A DNA stretch of 64,000 nt from Candidatus Tayloriibacteriota bacterium (GCA_943354385.1 CALRBR010000003.1:1926-65925), one strand, 5' to 3'; shown: positions 40,436 through 50,804, counted from the stretch's first letter. The notes: generated by a model from the letters alone, not told the origin. Translations and numbers: made by a program.

Positions 40436-40624
40436 AGTGCTACACAGTATATATGAAACAAAATAAAAGTCAACGATACCTGGTGGTATAGGGAAATAGC
40501 CCCATGGAGCACTTGACGATATTCATTATTTATATTAATATATAGACAGAATAGTCAAGAAAGAGTCAAAAGACACTTTCCCTTGAAAACCTCTCACCTC
40601 GGTCAACCGTCAGTATAGGAATCC

Positions 40625-41659
40625 ATGAAAAAACACTACACTCCCCCACCCGTTTCCGAATGTAAGCTTGATCGGTTTTCCATGTTCTGTGTTCTCTGTG
40701 TCATCATCGTAGCCTCAGTCTGGCTAATGACTCGGCCATCGAAAACTGGCGAGGGAGCACAGACCACCTCCCCGACACCAGTAGCGAAAACAGTCTCGAG
40801 TCCATCTGGTCAAAAAGTCCACGCCCTAGAAACTGCCTATTTTCGAGAGAAAGCTAAAGTTCCCGAAATATGGTGGCTCAGCGACCTTCCGCTCAATCCG
40901 GAAGATGGTGCCTTTGTCCAAAAAATGATGGATCGAGAAAAACTAGTGAAAAATACTCTCGATCGCTTCCGCAAAGTCAGTCCCCTGGCTGAGCAAATAC
41001 ACACGAAATTTGGAACATTTGCAGTATCTGTATTCCTACGTGGAAATGCCTCTATTACTATTGGCCAAGCTCATCAGATTAAACAAGCTGGTGTGGAAAT
41101 ATGCTTCGTCGCCAAAAAACAGGCTGGAACACTCGAAAAAAGTATTAACGCTCCCTCCAGCCTTTACTGGCGATCAGACTGGGGAATGTTTGTAAATGCG
41201 GTTGAGGTGCCTTACTCGGTTTTTGCAGGCCTCCTCTACCACGAACTTGGACATGGAATAAGGCATCCTGTCTCACTTACTGGCAAGGGGTATTTTACAC
41301 CTGACTCAAGCGAGTATGTAGCCGAAGAGATTGAAATGCACAGGCTCGAAACTCTTGTTTTTAACGAAGCCTCAGGCGGGATCTTCGAAAAAACAATTGC
41401 TGAGATTATGTTGAGAAATCCAAAAGCCTTGCATGTCACCGAGGTTATGGCAGGAGTCACTCTAGATGATCTGGGGAAACTTGATCGCTCGATCGGTGCC
41501 GACAAAGCTGGACTAGAGACTTCACAGCTTCTGTTTGCTCACTACATGATCGCTATCGGAACAGCCTACAGTGACCTCAAATCACTCGGGATTATGGAGC
41601 AGATTAGTATGTTCCGCTGGCTTAATCGAGAGGTTTTTGATGTTCCTGTAAAAATGTAA
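40625..41659 (+). CDS. Membrane-anchored orphan with HExxH zincin motif
   Basis: N-terminal TM, LYHELGHG followed by downstream EE. Confidence 0.75.
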   Translation: MKKHYTPPPVSECKLDRFSMFCVLCVIIVASVWLMTRPSKTGEGAQTTSPTPVAKTVSSPSGQKVHALETAYFREKAKVPEIWWLSDLPLNPEDGAFVQKMMDREKLVKNTLDRFRKVSPLAEQIHTKFGTFAVSVFLRGNASITIGQAHQIKQAGVEICFVAKKQAGTLEKSINAPSSLYWRSDWGMFVNAVEVPYSVFAGLLYHELGHGIRHPVSLTGKGYFTPDSSEYVAEEIEMHRLETLVFNEASGGIFEKTIAEIMLRNPKALHVTEVMAGVTLDDLGKLDRSIGADKAGLETSQLLFAHYMIAIGTAYSDLKSLGIMEQISMFRWLNREVFDVPVKM

Positions 41660-42253
41660 AGTGTTTAGACAGAAACACTTCACGGCGACTACTGTAGTCG
41701 CTTTTTTATTTACATTGTTTGATTTACCTAGTTCACCATAAGAGTACGCTATTGAAAAAGAGAAACCTCTGAACGTAAGCTCTCTCCCGGGGCTGCGACT
41801 CGATAGTCGCAATAGGTGATTGGAATACTGATAAGACCGTTACTCTATCGTCAGCAATTTGCCATGATCCTAACCAAGGCTGGCCTCTCTGCATGAAACA
41901 AAGGGGTGGTTATGGGCCACCTCCAAATCATATATATTGAATCTATTTGGTATAACATAATGCCTTTAAAACAAGCAGAGAGACAGAATAAATCACCTAC
42001 AAAAACACAACACATCGTCATAAAATTAAAAATAGGAAAAAGTGAAGCCACGGGGATGAGGATTCCCCGTGGCTTTTTCGTGGTGGTGACACGATGGTGA
42101 TAAAGCTCGTAGCTTTTTTAATAGTGTCGCAGATCCAGGGTAGGACGGATTTCAACACACCCTTTGGGTTCTTTTTTAGTCAGCTAGCGAGCAAGAACAA
42201 AATCACCGCTATGCATTGTAACACAATCTCACAAAAAAACACCTACAAAAAAA

Positions 42254-43354
42254 TTACTCCTCCTGCGCAATATCTGGCTTCTCCAGCATTGCAACCTCAA
42301 TCCCCGCCGAAACTCCAGCAATGCGCAAAACATCCTTATCGATTTTTTTAAATTCCTTGCCGGAATTGTTGTAATGGCTCACCACCGTGCCGAGCGAAGT
42401 GCCGAGCTTTTTATGATATTCCTCAAAGCTCTTTAAATGCTTACCAAGCTCCTCCACCCGCTTCACTATATCTTTTGCCGTCTCCTCGATTTGCATCGCC
42501 TTTAGGCCCTGTAACACGGTCTGGAGATAGGCAAGGAAGGAGGTCGGCGACACAATAATTACCTTGTACTTGCCCGCCGCTCTTTGTATCAAATTTTCAG
42601 TATCTTCCACCACCGCACCAATTTTGTTGATAAGTAAATCATAATAAATCGCCTCGTGCGGAATAAACATAAAAGCGAAATCCATAGTTCCTTCGTTGGG
42701 TCGGATATATTTTGATGTTTCCACAATACGTAGTTTTAAATCATTTACAAAGGTTTTCTCCAGACGCTCCTTCTCCGCTGGGTCACGAGTTTCCACCATA
42801 CGATTGTAATTTTCAAGAGAAAACTTTGAGTCAATCGGTATAATTTTATCCCTTACAAAAACAGCTGCATCTACGATTTCGCCGTTTGCAAAAGCATACT
42901 GCATTTGAAACTGCGCGGGAGACAACACATTTTTTAAAAGGGTTTCGAGGTAGTACTCGCCCAAAACTCCGCGCTGTTTTGGATTTTTTAAAATATCTTG
43001 AAGGCCTTGGAGCTGGTCAGCAAAAGATACCACCTGCCTATTGGTCTCATCGAGCTTAGTAAGACCCTGAGTTACTTCTTTTATAAGCTTTGCCGACTCC
43101 CCAAACTGACGGTGGATAGTGTCACTCATTCCTCTTGCTGATTCAGTCATTTTTGCATCAACAGTTTTATTGAGTTCCCCCACTTTGCTATCTACCGTAC
43201 GGGAAAGCTCATTCATTTGTTGGAGCAAAAGTTGCATACTGTTACTCTCGGAGGTGTCTGCAGGTTCCTTCTTTTTTCGCAAAGCAAAAAACACTAAAGC
43301 AATGTTGCCTACGAGAAGGAGCGCGACGAGGAAAATTAGAATATTTTGAATCAT
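42254..43354 (-). CDS. rmuC: DNA recombination protein RmuC
   Basis: KQRGVLGE, PIDSKF, TMDFAFMFIPHEAIY, IVSPTS; start trimmed to 43354. Confidence 0.93.
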   Translation of the reverse strand: MIQNILIFLVALLLVGNIALVFFALRKKKEPADTSESNSMQLLLQQMNELSRTVDSKVGELNKTVDAKMTESARGMSDTIHRQFGESAKLIKEVTQGLTKLDETNRQVVSFADQLQGLQDILKNPKQRGVLGEYYLETLLKNVLSPAQFQMQYAFANGEIVDAAVFVRDKIIPIDSKFSLENYNRMVETRDPAEKERLEKTFVNDLKLRIVETSKYIRPNEGTMDFAFMFIPHEAIYYDLLINKIGAVVEDTENLIQRAAGKYKVIIVSPTSFLAYLQTVLQGLKAMQIEETAKDIVKRVEELGKHLKSFEEYHKKLGTSLGTVVSHYNNSGKEFKKIDKDVLRIAGVSAGIEVAMLEKPDIAQEE

Positions 43355-43406
43355 GTCGAAATTATACCAATTATCTCCTCTGTATGATAGTATGAGGTCA
43401 GCTATT

Positions 43407-43454
43407 ATTCCTCCTTTCATAAAGGAGGTGGCGAGTATTCGAGACGGAGGATTT
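43407..43454. repeat. CCTCCTTT/AAAGGAGG-type dispersed repeat (copy B)
   Basis: Homologous to 33705-33752. Confidence 0.7.
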
Positions 43455-43475
43455 AAAAAAATAATATAAAAAACC

Positions 43476-43931
43476 ATGTCCCTACAACAAACCATCAAAG
43501 ACCAAATGAAGCCAGCTATGATCGCAAAAGATGCTGTAAGACTAGGTGTGATCCGAGGACTGATGGCTGGATTTATCAACGAGCTCGTAGCAAAAAACAA
43601 AAGCCCGCAAGACGCTCTCATCGATGAAGAAACTATAGCTGTGGTCAAAAAGGCAGTCAAACAGCGCAAAGATTCTATCGATCAATTTACTAAAGGCGGA
43701 CGAGAAGATCTTGCAATAGATGAAAAAGCTGAGCTTGCTATACTTGAAACATTCCTCCCAAAAATGATGGGGCAGGATGAGATAAAAAAGATTGCTGAAG
43801 TCCTAAAAATCAAAATGGCTGTGACTGATAAAGCCAAGATGGGTCAGTTTATTGGGGTTGTAATGAAAGAGACAAAGGGCCAAGCAGATGGTATGGATGT
43901 TAAAGCAGTAGTTGAAAGTTTGTTTCAGTAG
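43476..43931 (+). CDS. GatB/YqeY domain protein
   Basis: KQRKDSIDQFTKGGREDLA..E..LP, MGQFIG..ADG. Confidence 0.93.
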   Translation: MSLQQTIKDQMKPAMIAKDAVRLGVIRGLMAGFINELVAKNKSPQDALIDEETIAVVKKAVKQRKDSIDQFTKGGREDLAIDEKAELAILETFLPKMMGQDEIKKIAEVLKIKMAVTDKAKMGQFIGVVMKETKGQADGMDVKAVVESLFQ

Positions 43932-44109
43932 TATTTCTGGATGTTGTAAAATTTACATAGACATGAAATAAAAAGCAGAGTAACGCTCTGTTTTTTATGG
44001 ATGCACATATTGAAAAAGTGCATGTAATGGAAAAATGATGGTGGCGTGAAGGAAATGGAAATTGAACACTCTCCAGACAAAGTTGTGGGAGGGTTCAATA
44101 TTTTTTCTT

Positions 44110-44283
44110 ATGAGTACATCTTCAAAAATTTAGAAAGTCTTTCAAGTCCTCTCTCGCAAAACGGTTCCCACTTTGCTTTGGCACAAAATACAGGTTGTTT
44201 TTCTTTCAGTGTTCTACCCGTAAGGATATTCACGCAGGTGGCGGAACAATGCGGACGAGGTTTAGCGAAAACTATTTTTTGGG
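44110..44283 (+). repeat. Diverged copy of the island-border element
   Basis: GCAGGTGGCGGAACAATGCGGACGA...AAAACTATTTTTTGGG matches the segment from 58793; carries TTCAAGTCCTCTC, identical to the tRNA-Leu T-arm. Confidence 0.75.
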
Positions 44284-44348
44284 TTGAGAAAGTGGGGACA
44301 CTTTTGCAAGGCCTTTTGAGCTTGTACTCAAGCCCAAATTGGATGGGA

Positions 44349-44558
44349 TTATTTTTTCTTCCAAAATTGGAATTTATCAAAAAACAAAATTCGTACACCT
44401 AATAATTCAAGACCAATAATTGCTAACCATGAACCTGGTGTGAGTGGCGTAAAGAAAGCGGCAAATCCAATAAAAAACAAAATTGCCCCTACTACCTTTT
44501 TGATTTTCGGTTTACTATGAATATATTTTTTAATGGTTTTGAGCAGATTTATACACAT
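44349..44558 (-). CDS. Small membrane protein (PGPGW-like)
   Basis: TPLTPGSWLAIIGLELLG; abuts the ATPase stop. Confidence 0.7.
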   Translation of the reverse strand: MCINLLKTIKKYIHSKPKIKKVVGAILFFIGFAAFFTPLTPGSWLAIIGLELLGVRILFFDKFQFWKKK

Positions 44559-47240
44559 TTAAGCTAACTTTCTTCGGTAAAAGAATTTGCGTATTTCTTC
44601 AGCAGGGACAATCAATATTGCCACTGGTATGAGTATCATCCAATCGGAAAGATTGAGGGGAACTGTTTTCAAGTATGTATTCATGATTGGAGTATAAATA
44701 GCAAGTAATTGTAGTGAGATAACAGTGACAGTGGCCCACACTAAATATTTGTTAGAAAACGGGTTCATTTTGAAGATAGATTTGCTATCGGATCTACAAT
44801 TCCATGCATTAAACCATTGGAACGCAGCTAAGACGGTAAGTGATATTGTCCAAGCTTTTGCCAAGTCCGCCTCGTAGTAATTTTTAAAAAGAAAGAGTGT
44901 TCCGACAGCCATCACCAAGGACATAAGCACCATTCTCTTTGCCATCAGTTTATCAACGAAATATTTTTTCGGCTTTTCAAACTTGCCGTCGAGCAAATGA
45001 TGCTCTTTGGGTTCCATGGCCAGCGACACATCAAGAAAACCATCTGTGACAAAATTCAGCCAGATAATCTGTGCCGCTAATATTGGTAGTGGATATCCCA
45101 AAATAAGCGCACCTATAATAGTAAAAACTTCTCCCATGCTTGTTGAAAAGAGATACAAAATGACTTTCTTGATAGTCTTATAAATACTGCGACCTTCTTC
45201 AATCGCCGAAACAATACTTTCTAAATTGTCGTCGAGAAGAACGATATCAGAGGCCTCTTTTGCTACTTCGGTCCCGATGTTACCCATTGCCACACCAATA
45301 TCGGCGGCAACTAGCGATGGCGCATCATTTACCCCATCTCCAGTCATGGCCACCACTTCACCGCGAGCGCGATATGCCCCGATGATTTTCATCTTATGTT
45401 CTGGGTTCACTCGAGCAAACACTGAAATCGTTTTGAGTCTTTCTGATAACTCCCCACCGGACATGCCTTCAATTTCCAACCCAGTGAGCACTTCATCACC
45501 TTCATGCCAGATACCTACTTCTTTGGCTATGGCATGGGCGTTTATATTGTGGTCACCGGTAATCATCACTACTTTTACTCCAGCGGATTCCACCTTCTTT
45601 ATAGCCATGGCCGCTTCCGTCCTTGTGGCATCTTTCATTCCATAGAAGCCCCCGAAAGAAAGATTTTTTATCTTTTCCGGCTTGAGAGTTTTGCCTGCAT
45701 CAGGATCGATGGCAAAAGCGACCACACGCAAACCCTCCTGCGACATTTTATAAAAAACTGACTTAAGATTTTTTCGTTCATCATTTGTGAGTTCTTTCCG
45801 TTTGCCGTTCAACCAGACAGTCTCAGATAATTCCAAAATAATTTCAGGGGCACCGACGGTAATTAAAAAATTCTTGCCTTCGACAGCTCGAAGCATTGCG
45901 TGATATTTGAGCCGGTAGTCAAATGGAATTTCTCCAATAACAGCAGACTCTCTCTCAAGGTCTTCTTTGTGAAAACCAAGCTTTTGCGAGAGTACAAGCA
46001 TTGCTGCTTCGGTCGGGTCTCCGCTGATCCGGAACCGTTTATCCTCTTCGGAATACATGACCCTGGCACTAGAACAAAAAGCACCAGTCTTTCCGGCGAG
46101 TAAAAGTTCCGGATGATTAACGGCGTCAATGATACGGCCATTCAAAATGATATTACCTTTTGACTCATATCCAATACCCCCAACATCAAACATTGTTTCT
46201 CCCACATACACCTTTCGAATCACCAGCTCGTTTTTGGTGATCGTACCGGTTTTATCAACAGCAATGATACTGACTTGCCCTAAAGCCTCGACCGCCTGAA
46301 GTTTCTTGACCAGTGCGTTGCGCTTACTCATTCGTCGCACGCCCATGGCGAGAATAAGAGTCACCACAATAGGTAGTCCTTCCGGTATAATTGATACCGA
46401 CAGAGAAACAACTGTAGTGAACATATCTTTGACTGGTTTGCCAACAGCGATGCCCAGGGTAAAGATCACCAAAGAAACAACGGCTACTGTAATTATGATG
46501 AGGCGTGAAAGATACCTAATATTGCCTTTAAGAGGAATCTCGGTATTGACCAGTGCAATCTTGCTTGCAATTGCGCCTATAGTAGTTTGCGATCCTGTTG
46601 CGATAACAACAGCACGACCATTACCAGCGACTATATTCGTTCCTTTGTACGCAATATTTTTATACTTTCCGAGCGTTTCTACATTGACCTCCTGTTCACT
46701 AGTTTTATGTACTGGCTCAGACTCTCCGGTTAGGGCCGCCTCATCAATCTTAAGATTATGGGAAACAATGACTCGCGCGTCAGCCGGAATTTTCTCTCCT
46801 TCTTGGAGTATGAGAATATCCCCAGGTACCAATTCCGTATCCGGAATGATGATCTCCTTGTCGTCCCGAAGTACAGTGGCTTTGGTCTCAACGAATTTCT
46901 TAAGAGCCAGCAATGTGTTCTGCGCTTTGCCTTCCTGAATTGTCCCAACGATAGCGTTAAAAAGAAGGACAGCGAGAATGATCGATCCATCAACCACTTC
47001 TCCGATTACAAACACCACGACACTTGCGGCGACAAGTATATAAATGAGAGGACTTTGGAATTGACGCAGGAAAATAATAAAAATGCTGTCTACCTTTGCT
47101 TCCGGTAGTTTATTTTGTCCATATAGTTTCAGTCGAAGTGCCACCTCTGCGTGACTTAAGCCGCGCTCGCTTGAGTGCAATTCTTCAATAACGACTATTG
47201 ATGATTTTGTGTGCCATAAAATTTGTCGTGTTTTTGCCAT
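44559..47240 (-). CDS. P-type cation-transporting ATPase (P2A, Ca2+-type)
   Basis: TGES, PEGL, DKTGT, TGDGVNDAPSL, IIWLNFVTDG. Confidence 0.95.
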   Translation of the reverse strand: MAKTRQILWHTKSSIVVIEELHSSERGLSHAEVALRLKLYGQNKLPEAKVDSIFIIFLRQFQSPLIYILVAASVVVFVIGEVVDGSIILAVLLFNAIVGTIQEGKAQNTLLALKKFVETKATVLRDDKEIIIPDTELVPGDILILQEGEKIPADARVIVSHNLKIDEAALTGESEPVHKTSEQEVNVETLGKYKNIAYKGTNIVAGNGRAVVIATGSQTTIGAIASKIALVNTEIPLKGNIRYLSRLIIITVAVVSLVIFTLGIAVGKPVKDMFTTVVSLSVSIIPEGLPIVVTLILAMGVRRMSKRNALVKKLQAVEALGQVSIIAVDKTGTITKNELVIRKVYVGETMFDVGGIGYESKGNIILNGRIIDAVNHPELLLAGKTGAFCSSARVMYSEEDKRFRISGDPTEAAMLVLSQKLGFHKEDLERESAVIGEIPFDYRLKYHAMLRAVEGKNFLITVGAPEIILELSETVWLNGKRKELTNDERKNLKSVFYKMSQEGLRVVAFAIDPDAGKTLKPEKIKNLSFGGFYGMKDATRTEAAMAIKKVESAGVKVVMITGDHNINAHAIAKEVGIWHEGDEVLTGLEIEGMSGGELSERLKTISVFARVNPEHKMKIIGAYRARGEVVAMTGDGVNDAPSLVAADIGVAMGNIGTEVAKEASDIVLLDDNLESIVSAIEEGRSIYKTIKKVILYLFSTSMGEVFTIIGALILGYPLPILAAQIIWLNFVTDGFLDVSLAMEPKEHHLLDGKFEKPKKYFVDKLMAKRMVLMSLVMAVGTLFLFKNYYEADLAKAWTISLTVLAAFQWFNAWNCRSDSKSIFKMNPFSNKYLVWATVTVISLQLLAIYTPIMNTYLKTVPLNLSDWMILIPVAILIVPAEEIRKFFYRRKLA

Positions 47241-47244
47241 AAAT

Positions 47245-47445
47245 CTACCTTATTAAGTTATCCACTTTAACTTCTAATGCATTGGCGATCCTGGTTAGGG
47301 TTTCTATCGTTGGATTTTGATTAGCGCCATTTTCAACTTTAACAATGGTATTAAGAGATAAATCAGCAAGGCGAGCTATCTTTTCGAGGGAGTAACCCCT
47401 TTTACTCCTCAACTTTCCTAGATTATCCGAAATATTATTTAACAT
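47245..47445 (-). CDS. XRE-family HTH regulator
   Basis: LRSKRGYSLEKIARLADLS..ENG..NPTIETL..IANAL. Confidence 0.9.
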   Translation of the reverse strand: MLNNISDNLGKLRSKRGYSLEKIARLADLSLNTIVKVENGANQNPTIETLTRIANALEVKVDNLIR

Positions 47446-47645
47446 TACTTTGGTAATTGTTTAGCATTAAAATATAATGTATAGCGTGATTTCTTGATAT
47501 TATAATGATACATAATTTAAGCAATTTTGTAAATAAATTTTTAATGATTTTCTTTGTATTATTCGCTCGAATTTCTCCAAAATCAGCGGAGCCAATCAAA
47601 AAAACAAAAAACCAACCGTATATGCGGTTGGTTTTTTGTAATTTG

Positions 47646-47727
47646 TGCCGGGGAGAGGACTTGAACCTCCATGGGTTACCCCGCTTGCTCCTAAGGCAAG
47701 TGCGTCTGCCAATTTCGCCACCCCGGC
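47646..47727 (-). tRNA. tRNA-Leu (TAG)
   Basis: GCCGGGGTGGCGAAATTGGCAGACGC..CT-TAG-GA..long variable arm..GGTTCAAGTCCTCTCCCCGGCA. Confidence 0.97.
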
Positions 47728-48006
47728 ATATTTTCTATTTTGTTGACTACAACTTTTTCACTTTGTGAACTCAGTGAAAAGTAGAAGCCCCCGCCTCCCT
47801 CCGCTATGCTCCAGTCCGACCCGCCCATTGCAAAGAAAATTCTTAAGGATTGGGACAATTTTCTTTGCAATATGGTCACAAATATTTTGCTAGTCGCCAC
47901 TCCCAAAATTTCTCGATTCTGACTCAGTAGTTTTGATTGCTATCAAAACTACTATCGTCTTGCACAAGTCTCAAAAAATCTACGGCCGTGCAGATTTTTT
48001 AGCTTG

Positions 48007-48079
48007 TGCGCCCAGTTGGAGTCGAACCAACGACCTTATCCTTAAGAGGGATCTGCTCTACCAGCTGAGCTATGGGCGC
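48007..48079 (-). tRNA. tRNA-Lys (CTT)
   Basis: GCGCCCATAGCTCAG..CT-CTT-AA..GGTTCGACTCCAACTGGGCGCA. Confidence 0.97.
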
Positions 48080-48225
48080 AAGGAATAACCTAGAGAATAT
48101 AGCAGGTTTTTAGTATTTCAGCAATACCGAAATCAATCGACCTTTGGCAGGAACACCGAAGTGGGCTTGATTGACTAACAAAAAAACACCCTATTGGGGT
48201 GTTTTTTAATTTTTATACCTGTATA

Positions 48226-49074
48226 TTACTGAGTCGCTGTCGTTGTAGAAGCGGTCACTGCCACTGGTTTCAGAGCGGTCTTCAGATCCTTTCGTGCCTG
48301 ATCCACTGTTGCCTTAAAATCAGCGTGGGCTTTTTCTATTCCTGCCTTGCGGGTTGTCTTTTCGGCTTCTGAAATGTCTTTTACTTTTTCCACAGACTGT
48401 ACGGTCGTTTTGAATGTATCCTGAGCAGACTTTACTGATGTACGGAGAGTAGTCTTTATCATCTCTGAAGATGTGCCGGCTGTACACGACGCTTTTGCAG
48501 TAGCCTTAGCAGAATCTATAGTAGCTTTCATTGTAGCCATTGCTGTCTCAATCGAAGCCATTCTAGATATGACCACAGTGTCCACTGAATCTCGGTGTGA
48601 CTTTAAAATTGCATCTACAGCAGAGTCACGGGTAACTAGAGCTTTGTCCATAACAGCGACAAAAGCAGCAATGGCTTGCTTTTGAACATCGGTCGTTGCT
48701 CGAGCTGAGAGTTCTGCCAGCTGTGTCTTTTTCTTTGCATCGTTCTCATTACGCTTCATGTCAACCTTCTCTCGCATCTCATCTCTCTTTTCCATTTTCT
48801 TTACCCCTTTTTCATCACGCTTTTTTTCCATTTTTAGACCTCTCGTATCAAGACCTGCGAGCATCTTGTCTATTTGCGCACAAAACATATCCTGTCGAGT
48901 AGTCGAGGCGTTAGCTTTTTTCTCAGCTCTATTCTCCCCCATCATCTCTATCTTTTCAGCACGATTTTGTCTACTCTCCTTCTGTGCTATTCCAACCATG
49001 CCAGATGTATTTGCAAATGCGAATGATGGTGCCAAAAGACTGGTAATAGTAAGTGTTAAAATTAATGTATTCAT
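48226..49074 (-). CDS. Secreted all-helical hypothetical protein
   Basis: Signal peptide ending AFA, K/E/A-rich helices, two Cys. Confidence 0.85.
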   Translation of the reverse strand: MNTLILTLTITSLLAPSFAFANTSGMVGIAQKESRQNRAEKIEMMGENRAEKKANASTTRQDMFCAQIDKMLAGLDTRGLKMEKKRDEKGVKKMEKRDEMREKVDMKRNENDAKKKTQLAELSARATTDVQKQAIAAFVAVMDKALVTRDSAVDAILKSHRDSVDTVVISRMASIETAMATMKATIDSAKATAKASCTAGTSSEMIKTTLRTSVKSAQDTFKTTVQSVEKVKDISEAEKTTRKAGIEKAHADFKATVDQARKDLKTALKPVAVTASTTTATQ

Positions 49075-49080
49075 AGATAG

Positions 49081-49392
49081 TTAGAAATTAGTGTTAATAC
49101 TAGAACCAGCATCTGCTTGCGATGATGCTTTTGTACTATCAATATTTGCTTCAGAAGTAGTCTTTGAGTCATCTGAGAGACCATCTACAAGGTAATCAAC
49201 AATTTCATCCGTTGAGCTCGTTTTTGCTGGTACTTTTGCAGTCATTGTTTCTGTCTGTGTTTCCTGTACGACGACCGTTTTCTCCACTGGCTTTACCGAC
49301 ACCCCAGTATTCACACTGTTACTTGAATAAAGAAATAAACCAAGAAGCACAATCACTACCATTACAGCTATCGCGACTTTTTTTGAAGACAT
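49081..49392 (-). CDS. Small membrane-anchored hypothetical protein
   Basis: N-terminal TM, S/T-rich tail; operonic with the next gene. Confidence 0.75.
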   Translation of the reverse strand: MSSKKVAIAVMVVIVLLGLFLYSSNSVNTGVSVKPVEKTVVVQETQTETMTAKVPAKTSSTDEIVDYLVDGLSDDSKTTSEANIDSTKASSQADAGSSINTNF

Positions 49393-49511
49393 TGATGTAT
49401 AAATTAAACGCTAGTAATATACTAAGTATACACCCAGAAAGATATATATCAAAACGACAATAAAAAAATCGCCTATACTGGCGATTTTTTTAGTGCTTGG
49501 CATTTATATGA

Positions 49512-50804
49512 TTACTCAACAAATGTCAGGGCTTTTCCCTTTTTGTTACCTCGTCCGGTACGGCCGATGCGGTGTACATAGTCATCGTATGTCGCAGGAA
49601 TATCATAGTTGATTACGTGACTGACATCGGCAATATCAAGGCCTCGAGCAGCCACGTCAGTAGCCACGAGCACCTGCATTTGATTATTTTTAAACATAGT
49701 CAAAGCTTTTTGTCGGCGAGAATGATTTTTGTCACCATGGATAGAGTCGGCTTTGAAACCCTTTTGCACAAGTAGTCCGGAAAGTTTTTCTACACCATGT
49801 TTCGTCCTTCCAAAAATAAGAACTTTACTAAATTCTTTCTGGTTGAGTAAATCATGGAGCACGTCTATCTTGTTTGCCCCACGAGCAACCTTGACCACAT
49901 CCTGGTCAACGTTCTTTGAAGTATCCTGGGTCTTCACTGAAATACGCACAGGCTCTTTTAAAAATTCATGAATCAACTTTTCGATTTCTGAAGAAAGTGT
50001 TGCTGAAAAGAAAAGAGTTTGGCGATCCTTTGGCATACCGGCCATTACCGCTCGCATATCATTCACAAATCCCATATCGAGCATACGGTCAGCCTCATCG
50101 AGTACGATCGTATTAAATTCTTTTAAGAAAATCATCTTTCGGTCGATCAGATCCTTGAGTCGTCCTGGAGTACCGATGATAAAGTTGTATTGATACCTGA
50201 GATCGTTAATCTGTCGACTGAGACTCGCTCCTCCCACGCAACAGACCGAATACATACGCATACCGGCAGCAAATGTTTTAAGCTCGGCATCGATCTGTAT
50301 TGCAAGCTCTCGTGTTGGGACAACGATGAGAACTTGCTGTTTTCGGTTGAGAAGTACTTTGTTGATAAGGGGTAGAAGAAAGGCTGCGGTTTTGCCGGTA
50401 CCGGTGTTGGCAATACCCACCACATCCGTACCCTTCAGTACATGCGGAATAGCCCGATCTTGAATCGGTGTGGGGAGCAAGTAGCCCTTAGTGACGATGG
50501 CTTGTTTGAGAGATGGCTCAAAAACAAAGTCTTGAAATTTATGCTCAGGTACAAAGTGCACCATCTCTTCGGTAATAATTGCTTTGTTTATAAATCGAGC
50601 ATGGTTGATATTCTCACCACGGGCACCACCGCCTCTACCACCAAAAGATGGTCGGCCTCGAAATCCTCCACTGTTTCCTCCGCGGTATCCACTGCTGGTT
50701 CCACCACGAGAAAATCGCGACGGCCCGCTGGGTCGAAATGATGAAGACGGCTTATGAGTAGAGAATCGTGAAGACCCTCCTGTGTTTGTATTTTTTGTGT
50801 ACAT
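49512..50804 (-). CDS. DEAD-box RNA helicase
   Basis: Q motif, ANTGTGKT, PTREL, DEAD, SAT, HRIGRTGR; RGG-rich N-terminus. Confidence 0.96.
   Translation of the reverse strand: MYTKNTNTGGSSRFSTHKPSSSFRPSGPSRFSRGGTSSGYRGGNSGGFRGRPSFGGRGGGARGENINHARFINKAIITEEMVHFVPEHKFQDFVFEPSLKQAIVTKGYLLPTPIQDRAIPHVLKGTDVVGIANTGTGKTAAFLLPLINKVLLNRKQQVLIVVPTRELAIQIDAELKTFAAGMRMYSVCCVGGASLSRQINDLRYQYNFIIGTPGRLKDLIDRKMIFLKEFNTIVLDEADRMLDMGFVNDMRAVMAGMPKDRQTLFFSATLSSEIEKLIHEFLKEPVRISVKTQDTSKNVDQDVVKVARGANKIDVLHDLLNQKEFSKVLIFGRTKHGVEKLSGLLVQKGFKADSIHGDKNHSRRQKALTMFKNNQMQVLVATDVAARGLDIADVSHVINYDIPATYDDYVHRIGRTGRGNKKGKALTFVE

Noticed and set aside
43355-43669. Long N-terminal extension of rmuC (similar extensions on gltX, murE, the DUF2075 gene and the M23 gene)
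   Set aside because: They overlap neighbouring genes or terminators; downstream ATGs have better promoter or operon context
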